Source: Acidimicrobiia bacterium | Lineage (GTDB): Bacteria; Actinomycetota; Acidimicrobiia; Spongiisociales; UBA11373 | Direction of reading: 5' to 3' | Length of the DNA: 64,000 nucleotides | Assembly (NCBI GenBank): GCA_036478235.1 | Contig: JAZGDZ010000040.1 | Location: 12,841-76,840 of the forward strand | In this document: positions 58,326-64,000 of the stretch, in pieces | How the letters are laid out: each line of letters starts with the position of its first letter | Position numbering within the stretch: the stretch's first letter is position 1 | The notes under the pieces: model-generated | Databases searched by the model: none | What the model saw: the letters and a program-made list of their open reading frames with translations, nothing else | Told to the model about the DNA's origin: nothing | Translations under genes and position numbers: made by a program

Positions 58326-59210
58326 ATGCCAGAACTCCCCGATGTCGCCGTCTACATCGAGCGGCTCGAAGCCCGGATCGTGGGCGAGCCTCTCGAGCGG
58401 ATCAGGCTGGCCAGCCCTTGGGTGCTGCGTACCTTTGACCCACCCGTGTCTGCCGTCGAGGGAAAGACGGTCACCGGACTGCGGCGCATCGGAAAGCGGA
58501 CCGTCCTGGAGCTGAACGACGATCTGTTCCTGGTGATCCATCTCATGGTCGCCGGCCGCCTCCGCTGGCGGGACCGGGGAGCCGCCGTACCGAAGAAGCG
58601 CGGGCTGGCCGCATTCGACTTCCCTTCCGGGACGGTCCTCTTCACAGAGGAGGGGACCAAGAAGCGGGCGAGCATCCATGTCGTCGCCGGCGAGGACGGG
58701 CTTGCCGAGCACGACCGCGGCGGGCTCGAACCGCTGGAAATGACCGTTGCCGATTTCACCGGTGCCCTGCGGCGAGAACGTCACACGCTCAAGCGCTCCC
58801 TAACCGACCCACGCCTCGTTTCAGGCATCGGTGGCGCCTACGCCGACGAGATCATGCACCGTGCCCGCCTGAGCCCGATCGTGATGACGGACCTGCTCTC
58901 CGACGCCGATCTCGAACGGCTGTACGGCTCGATCGGCGAAGTGCTGGTCGAATGGACGGATCGCCTGCGCGCCGAGGTCGGCGATGGATTCCCCGAAAAG
59001 GTGACCGCATTCCACGACGAGATGGCGGTGCACGGCAAGTTCGGGTCGGAGTGCCCGGTCTGCGAATCTCCGGTGCAGCGGATCGTCTATGCCTCGAACG
59101 AGACGAACTACTGCCCCGGATGTCAGACGGGCGGCAAGATCCTGGCCGACCGAGCCCTCAGCCGGCTGCTGAAGGACGACTTCCCGAGGACTCTCGAAGA
59201 CTTGGAGTGA
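58326..59210 (+). CDS. Formamidopyrimidine/endonuclease VIII family DNA glycosylase (Fpg/Nei)
   Basis: [10 protein letters not shown] (catalytic Pro2/Glu3), H2TH, and a C-terminal zinc finger CPVCESPV...CPGCQ. Confidence 0.85.
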   Translation: MPELPDVAVYIERLEARIVGEPLERIRLASPWVLRTFDPPVSAVEGKTVTGLRRIGKRTVLELNDDLFLVIHLMVAGRLRWRDRGAAVPKKRGLAAFDFPSGTVLFTEEGTKKRASIHVVAGEDGLAEHDRGGLEPLEMTVADFTGALRRERHTLKRSLTDPRLVSGIGGAYADEIMHRARLSPIVMTDLLSDADLERLYGSIGEVLVEWTDRLRAEVGDGFPEKVTAFHDEMAVHGKFGSECPVCESPVQRIVYASNETNYCPGCQTGGKILADRALSRLLKDDFPRTLEDLE

Positions 59211-59237
59211 GGGACGCGAAGACGGCCGCCGGCGGGG

Positions 59238-59441
59238 TTGGGGCCCCGCTCGGCGGAGGAGGGCCGACCATGTCTTCTCGAGGCGTCTCGACCCCACTCG
59301 GTCTCGAGCCGCCTCTCAATGGAGCCTCGCCAGGCTCGGCGCTCCCCGCTACGCCTGTTCGGCTCGAGCGAAGCGAGGGACGAAGTCGGCCCGGGTGAAG
59401 ACAAGGACGACTTTCCGCGGACACTAGAGGACCTCGAGTAG
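59238..59441 (+). other. In-frame downstream ORF (TTG start in the track) ending in a synonymously recoded copy of the last 12 Fpg codons ([12 protein letters not shown])
   Basis: 59405-59440 aaggacgactttccgcggacactagaggacctcgagtag versus 59172-59210 aaggacgacttcccgaggactctcgaagacttggagtga. Same frame as fpg. Confidence 0.3.
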
Positions 59442-59444
59442 CGA

Positions 59445-59660
59445 CTGGCCGTTGGCCGTTGGCGTCCGGCGATCCTCGCTTCGCTCGGGGCCACCGAAAC
59501 GGGCGATCCGAGCTTCGCTCGGAGCGATCCCCCGGCGAGCACAGCGAGGCGATTGCACGTATGCGATCGCCCGCCGAGCGCAGCGAGCCGATTGCACGTA
59601 TTCGATCGCCCGGCGAGCACAGCGAACCGATTGCCACGGCTCTTGGCTACTGGCTACTGG
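59445..59660. repeat. Repeat block: (GGCCGTT)x2, CGAGCGAAGCGAGG/TCGCTTCGCTCGG motifs, 2.5 tandem ~41-bp units (CGAGCRCAGCGARSCGATTGCACGTATKCGATCGCCCG), (GGCTACT)x2
   Basis: Direct reading. The (GGCTACT)2 repeat overlaps and supplies the stop of the galE-like gene (…SSQ*). Confidence 0.85.
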
Positions 59661-60591
59661 ACCGATACCACTCCACGGTACGCGCCAGCCCTTCGTCGAG
59701 CGAGGTCCACGCCTCCCAGCCGAGAACCGACTTCGCCTTGGAGGCGTCGATCACCGAGCGGGCCACGTCCCCGGGCTTGGGGTCGTCGAACTGGGGAGGG
59801 TCGGCGAAGCCGATGGCGGTGGCGATGGCACCGTAGAGGTCGAGGATCGAGGTCTCTTTCCCGCTGCCGGCGTTGAGCAGGGCTCCCGAGCCGGCGTCGG
59901 CAGCCCGGAGGAAGGCATCGCAGATGTCGGCAACGAAGACGAAATCCCGCGTCTGCGTCCCGTCACCGAAGATCGTCGGCCGTCGCCCCCGGAGCATCGC
60001 CTGCGAGAAGATGGCGACCACCCCGCCCTCGAGGCCCGGGTCCTGGCGCGGCCCGTATATGTTCGCCGGAGCGATGAGGGTGAAGTCCAATTCGTACATC
60101 TCCCGAAACCATCGGAAGTAATCCGAAACGATCTTCTTGGAGATCCCGTAGGGCGACTCCGGCTTCTTGGTCGCAGACTCCTTGACGGGGAGCTTGACGG
60201 CCCCGCCGTAGATCGCGCCCCCGGATGAGGCGAATACGACCTTGCGCACGTCGGCCGCCGCCGCCGCCGAAAGCACCCCGACGGTGCCCAGGACGTTCAC
60301 CTCGGCGTCGTGGAGGGGATCGTCCACCGACGGTCGGACCTTCGACTGGGCGGCGAGGTGGAAAACGACCTCGGGTCCGAACCGCCCGACGACATCGCCG
60401 ATCTCCGGGGCCACGATGTCCGTGATGTGAACGCCGATCTTGGCCCGCTGTCTCACCTCGGCGAGATGATCCATCTTGCCCGAGGAGAGGTCATCGAGCA
60501 CGAGAACGTTCCACCCCCGATCAACAAGCAGGTCGACCAGATGACTGCCGACGAATCCGGCCCCTCCGGTCACGATCGCCTTGCGTGTCAT
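59647..60591 (-). CDS. NAD-dependent epimerase/dehydratase (UDP-glucose 4-epimerase GalE-like)
   Basis: GGAGFVGSHL Rossmann, YxxxK (SPYGISKK), 314 aa. Confidence 0.85.
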   Translation of the reverse strand: MTRKAIVTGGAGFVGSHLVDLLVDRGWNVLVLDDLSSGKMDHLAEVRQRAKIGVHITDIVAPEIGDVVGRFGPEVVFHLAAQSKVRPSVDDPLHDAEVNVLGTVGVLSAAAAADVRKVVFASSGGAIYGGAVKLPVKESATKKPESPYGISKKIVSDYFRWFREMYELDFTLIAPANIYGPRQDPGLEGGVVAIFSQAMLRGRRPTIFGDGTQTRDFVFVADICDAFLRAADAGSGALLNAGSGKETSILDLYGAIATAIGFADPPQFDDPKPGDVARSVIDASKAKSVLGWEAWTSLDEGLARTVEWYRSSSQ

Positions 60592-60598
60592 GCCTTCC

Positions 60599-61639
60599 TC
60601 AGTTCGGGGGGAAGAAGGTTACGTCGCCCTCACCGAGCGTCGCACCGGGGCGGATCTTCATCCCATGATCCAACTCGCACCCGGCGCCCACGGTGGCCTT
60701 CGCCCCGATGACGGATGCCCCGCTCACGATGGTCCCCGGTCCTATCCGGGCACTCCAGCCGACCACCGCGTGCCTGACGACGGCGTCGGCGCCGATCTCC
60801 GCACCCGGAAGCACCACCGACTCCTCGACGACGGCACCGGCGGCCACCGACGCCTCCCGGCCCACCCAGGACCAGGCTCCGGAAACCGAACCCGAGACGT
60901 CGCCCTCGACCAGATGCGGTCCGGCCGGCCTGTGCAGGGCGGTCGCGCCCCTCAGCGTGGCCCCGGTACATTCGAGGTAGAGCTCGGGAGTTCCGATGTC
61001 GAGCCACCGGCCCTCGATCACGACGCCACCCAAGGCCGCGCGCTCCGCCAGATCGGGAAAGACGACTTGCTCGAAGGACAGCGGTCCGGGCGAGTACGGC
61101 TCGATGGCCGACCTGCTCATCACATACATCCCGGCGTTGACGGTTCGGGCCGGCGCTTCGTCCCGCGGTGGTTTTTCGACGAATCGCTCCACGATGCCCA
61201 TGTCGTCGACGACCACGACTCCGTACGCGCTCGGATCATCGACCTCCACGAGGCCGAGCGTCGCCTCGACTTCCTCTGAAGTCGCATCAAGGTATGCGGC
61301 CAGATCGGCCTCGACAACGACGTCGCCGTTGAGAACCATGAAGCGGTCTTCGAGGAGGTCCAACGCTTGGCGCACCGGGCCGGCGGTATCGAGAGGCTCA
61401 TCCTCAACCACCAGCCGGACTCCGTCACGGTTGGAGGAGAAGCCCTCCCAAGCGGCGAGATGGGTACGCCCCACGGCCAGCAGGACATCTGTGATTCCGG
61501 CCGCCGCCAGCTGCCGAAGCTGGAAGTCGAGGAAGGGCAGACCGGCGACCGGAATGAGTCCTTTGGGAACCTCGGCGGTCAACGGCCACATCCGGGTTCC
61601 CCGCCCGCCGACGAGCAGCACGGCCTGGTTCACCGTCAC
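60599..61639 (-). CDS. manC: Mannose-1-phosphate guanylyltransferase (nucleotidyltransferase + left-handed beta-helix)
   Basis: LLVGGRGTRMWPLTAEVPKGL and C-terminal hexapeptide repeats. Confidence 0.85.
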   Translation of the reverse strand: MTVNQAVLLVGGRGTRMWPLTAEVPKGLIPVAGLPFLDFQLRQLAAAGITDVLLAVGRTHLAAWEGFSSNRDGVRLVVEDEPLDTAGPVRQALDLLEDRFMVLNGDVVVEADLAAYLDATSEEVEATLGLVEVDDPSAYGVVVVDDMGIVERFVEKPPRDEAPARTVNAGMYVMSRSAIEPYSPGPLSFEQVVFPDLAERAALGGVVIEGRWLDIGTPELYLECTGATLRGATALHRPAGPHLVEGDVSGSVSGAWSWVGREASVAAGAVVEESVVLPGAEIGADAVVRHAVVGWSARIGPGTIVSGASVIGAKATVGAGCELDHGMKIRPGATLGEGDVTFFPPN

Positions 61640-61654
61640 GCGGGGCCTCCGCGG

Positions 61655-62974
61655 TCAAGGAAGTGGGGCATCGGACCCGACGATAACGACAAGCTCGGCA
61701 CCCGCCGGAATTCGCCCGGTGGTCGCTTGCCCATATCCGAGAAGGGCGACGACCCGGCGCGCCGCATCCAGCAGTGTGGGCCTGGTCACGACGAGGGTGA
61801 GCTGATAGTCGGACCTCCCTGAATTGATGGTCGACACCACGTCGTAGCCATCCGCCGCCAGGGCCTTCACGATCGATGCCGCCGCGCCCGCACGGCCGTT
61901 CCCGTTCTGGACCTCGATGCGCAACACGTTGCGTTCAAGGACCAGTGACTCCCCGGCTCGGAAGGCGTCGATCGTCGCGTTGGCCTCGGGCTGGCGCTCC
62001 ACGACGTAGGAGACACCGCCCTCGCTGACCACGTTCACCGGAAGCGTCACGGAGTCGAGATCGTCGGCATCAACGGAGCGCATCTCCCAGGCGAGCTGGA
62101 ATATGTCGTCGGGATCCAGAGCGTTGTCGGTGATCACGAACTCGCCGAGTGCGTCGAGCAGCTCGCGGTAGCCCGCCACGGTGCTCGGACGGTCGATCTG
62201 GGTGATCATCGCCATCAGGAGATCCTGCTGGCGACCGGTCCGACCTATGTCGTCGGCGTCGATGGACACCCAGCCCTCGCCGCGCAGTTCCTGGTAGCTG
62301 CGCGACCGAGCGAGGGCGAGCGCCATCTCGCCATCCAGCACTCGCGTCCCGGCGGCGACCTCGAAGCCCGACTTCAGGTCCCGCGCCGCGAACGGAAACG
62401 TCATCTGGACCCCGCCCACGGCGTCCACGATTCCGGCGAAACCACTGAAGTCGACCTGGATGTAGTGGTGGACGGGGAGACCGGTCTCGCTCTGCACGGC
62501 TGCGATGATCCCGGCGGCCCCGCCGAGCGAGAACGAGGCGTTGAGCTTCCGCGATTTCCCTTCCCAGACGATCTTGAGATCGCGCGGCAGGCTGAGAAGC
62601 TGGAGCCGGCCCTCCCCTGGATGAACCTGAACGAGGATGACCACGTCGGCGCGCTCACCGCCGGCATCCCCGAAGTGGTCCGTCAGGTCGCCGAGGTTCT
62701 CCCTGCTATCGCTCCCGATGAGCAGAAAGGTGCGAGGTTGCGACAGCTCGGGCTCACGAGCCAGGTCGAGAGTCTCGGCCGGGATCGTCGACACGGACGA
62801 AGCGACCTGCCTCGCCGCCAGCCATATGACCCCGAGCGCGCCGAACAAGACGACATTGGCCGCGACCAGGAACCCGACGAGCAGGCGACGCACGCGATTG
62901 CGCCTTCGGTCGCTCGGCGGTACTGGCGGAGTTGAGGGGGGCAGCGGCACACTGGCGCGCGATTGTGAATCCAT
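61655..62974 (-). CDS. LCP family (LytR-CpsA-Psr) cell-envelope glycopolymer transferase
   Basis: N-terminal TM, LCP domain (LLIGSDSRE...DVVILVQV...LPRDL), C-terminal LytR_C. Confidence 0.85.
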   Translation of the reverse strand: MDSQSRASVPLPPSTPPVPPSDRRRNRVRRLLVGFLVAANVVLFGALGVIWLAARQVASSVSTIPAETLDLAREPELSQPRTFLLIGSDSRENLGDLTDHFGDAGGERADVVILVQVHPGEGRLQLLSLPRDLKIVWEGKSRKLNASFSLGGAAGIIAAVQSETGLPVHHYIQVDFSGFAGIVDAVGGVQMTFPFAARDLKSGFEVAAGTRVLDGEMALALARSRSYQELRGEGWVSIDADDIGRTGRQQDLLMAMITQIDRPSTVAGYRELLDALGEFVITDNALDPDDIFQLAWEMRSVDADDLDSVTLPVNVVSEGGVSYVVERQPEANATIDAFRAGESLVLERNVLRIEVQNGNGRAGAAASIVKALAADGYDVVSTINSGRSDYQLTLVVTRPTLLDAARRVVALLGYGQATTGRIPAGAELVVIVGSDAPLP

Positions 62975-63047
62975 GAAAACCCGAAGCCGGGGGACGATAC
63001 AACAACTGGGGAGTTCCGCCGTCGCCGCCGGCTAGTGCCTCTCCGGC

Positions 63048-63728
63048 TTAAGCCGCGGCGACCGGGCGCAGAAGGTGGTCGAGGAAGCCGACGATGCGAC
63101 CGAGCCCGTCGGCAGCTGCCTGCGGATCGTGGTCCTCCGACCCGTCGTCGAAGAACCCGGCGCCAACGCCCCCGTACAGCACCCACTCCCCTCTTCCGAC
63201 GGCCTGCTGAGCGGCGCGGACCTCGTCGGCCGGTACCACTTCGTCGGCGGCCCCGTGAAGAACGAGCAGAGCCCCGGAGTAGGCACTCAGGATGTCGGGA
63301 TCCGGTGATGAGCCGACCAGGACCAGCCCGGCCACTGCCGCCTCGGCGGCGACCACCGAGGCGGCAACCCCACCGGCGCCCAGGCCGAGCAGCGCGATGC
63401 GGCGCCCCGACGCCCACTCCGTGCCCGGGATACGGGCGCTGTCGACGGCGTCGACCAGATCGGAGACGTCCCACTCGAAGCCGTCGGGGCCCGCGGCGGA
63501 GCCGCGCATCAGGTCGGGAACAAGCACGGCGTATCCGTGGCGGGCAAGATGTCGAGCGACCGCCTTGGAGGCGGGCGTGATGCCAGCGGCGTCGTGGGCG
63601 ATCACCGTCGTCGGGTGCTCCCCTTCGACGTCGGGCCGGGCGATGTACGCCGAGCGGTGGGGTGGCACCGCCAGGGCGAGCGACCCGAAGAGGATCGGAA
63701 CCCGCCCTTCACCCTTCAATACGCTCAC
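63048..63728 (-). CDS. Dienelactone hydrolase family alpha/beta hydrolase
   Basis: 226 aa, DLH fold (HGYAVLVPDL ... LGLGAGG nucleophile region ... LVLHGAADEVVP). Confidence 0.7.
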   Translation of the reverse strand: MSVLKGEGRVPILFGSLALAVPPHRSAYIARPDVEGEHPTTVIAHDAAGITPASKAVARHLARHGYAVLVPDLMRGSAAGPDGFEWDVSDLVDAVDSARIPGTEWASGRRIALLGLGAGGVAASVVAAEAAVAGLVLVGSSPDPDILSAYSGALLVLHGAADEVVPADEVRAAQQAVGRGEWVLYGGVGAGFFDDGSEDHDPQAAADGLGRIVGFLDHLLRPVAAA

Positions 63729-64000
63729 GCTTCTCCCGATCGGCTGCTGGCAGCGTACCGCTCCCTCTCGACCTCACCTCGGTGATCGCCCCCGAGTGCA
63801 GCCGCCGCCGGCCGGCACCCGTATCCACCAGCAGTGAACCGTCCTCGCCCACGCCCGTCGCCATTCCCGCACCCTCGGGAGCCCAGGTGATCGCCGTCCC
63901 GATGGTCACGCATCGCCTCAGGTATTCCTCGCGACCCCAGTCGTCGGGACCTCGAGCAACTCGTTCGAGGACTGCACCGGCCCAGTGTTCCGCAAGGCGT
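63709..64000 (-). CDS. C-terminal fragment of an unidentified gene running past the window end
   Basis: Minus-strand frame open from 64000 (…AEHWAGAVLERVARGPDDWGREEYLRRCVTIGTAITWAPEGAGMATGVGEDGSLLVDTGAG…) and stopping at 63709. Could equally be high-GC noise. Confidence 0.3.
   Translation of the reverse strand, partial: RLAEHWAGAVLERVARGPDDWGREEYLRRCVTIGTAITWAPEGAGMATGVGEDGSLLVDTGAGRRRLHSGAITEVRSRGSGTLPAADREKRERIEG

Noticed and set aside
59270-59398. 43-aa ORF MSSRGVSTPLGLEPPLNGASPGSALPATPVRLERSEGRSRPG with a strong GGAGGAGGG RBS
   Set aside because: Low-complexity composition and no conservation signal I can assess. It is kept only as an alternative explanation within the fpg-tail finding.

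Overview
This is a high-GC (~68%) actinobacterial chromosomal segment made up almost entirely of conserved housekeeping genes. On the minus strand I read mrdA(partial)-mreD-mreC-mreB, ndk, folC, valS, clpX-clpP-tig, a tRNA cluster (His, Arg, Gly, Pro, Leu, Lys), an F420-dependent LLM oxidoreductase, a USP, rdgB-rph-MBL-ABC2 transporter, and a Rieske::TPP-enzyme fusion. These are followed by thiI, a DrrAB-like ABC exporter, tmRNA-smpB-M23 peptidase-ftsX-ftsE-prfB-secA, a four-gene hpf/LuxR-RR/HEAT/HD-GYP operon, and comF. The next block holds a divergent FtsH-like protease, ahcY, pmi-trm112-manB, a cell-envelope glycosylation block (polyprenyl-P GT2, a GT-C-like membrane protein, a GT2::membrane fusion), fbiA-cofE (F420), fpg, a galE-like gene, manC and an LCP gene. 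Gene order follows the mycobacterial manB/fbiAB/manC/cpsA region and the secA-hpf region. The genes themselves are mostly ordinary. What stands out is intergenic: (i) a modular, hairpin-containing REP/MITE-like repeat family present at 8 or more loci in both orientations, some copies supplying stop codons or 3' ends of genes; (ii) STRR-like heptanucleotide tandem repeats (CAGTCAC, GACTGGA, GCCAGCT, GGCTACT, GTTAGGA/CCTAATA and others) at about 8 loci, unusual for a high-GC actinobacterium; (iii) duplicated tRNA 3' halves fused to a shared ~50-nt module downstream of tRNA-Leu and tRNA-Lys; and (iv) a synonymously recoded duplicate of the last 12 codons of fpg, in frame, 190 bp downstream. I can also read a canonical prfB +1 frameshift site directly, and folC has no canonical start codon after the in-frame valS stop. 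No CRISPR array, rRNA, prophage or recognisable defence system is visible.
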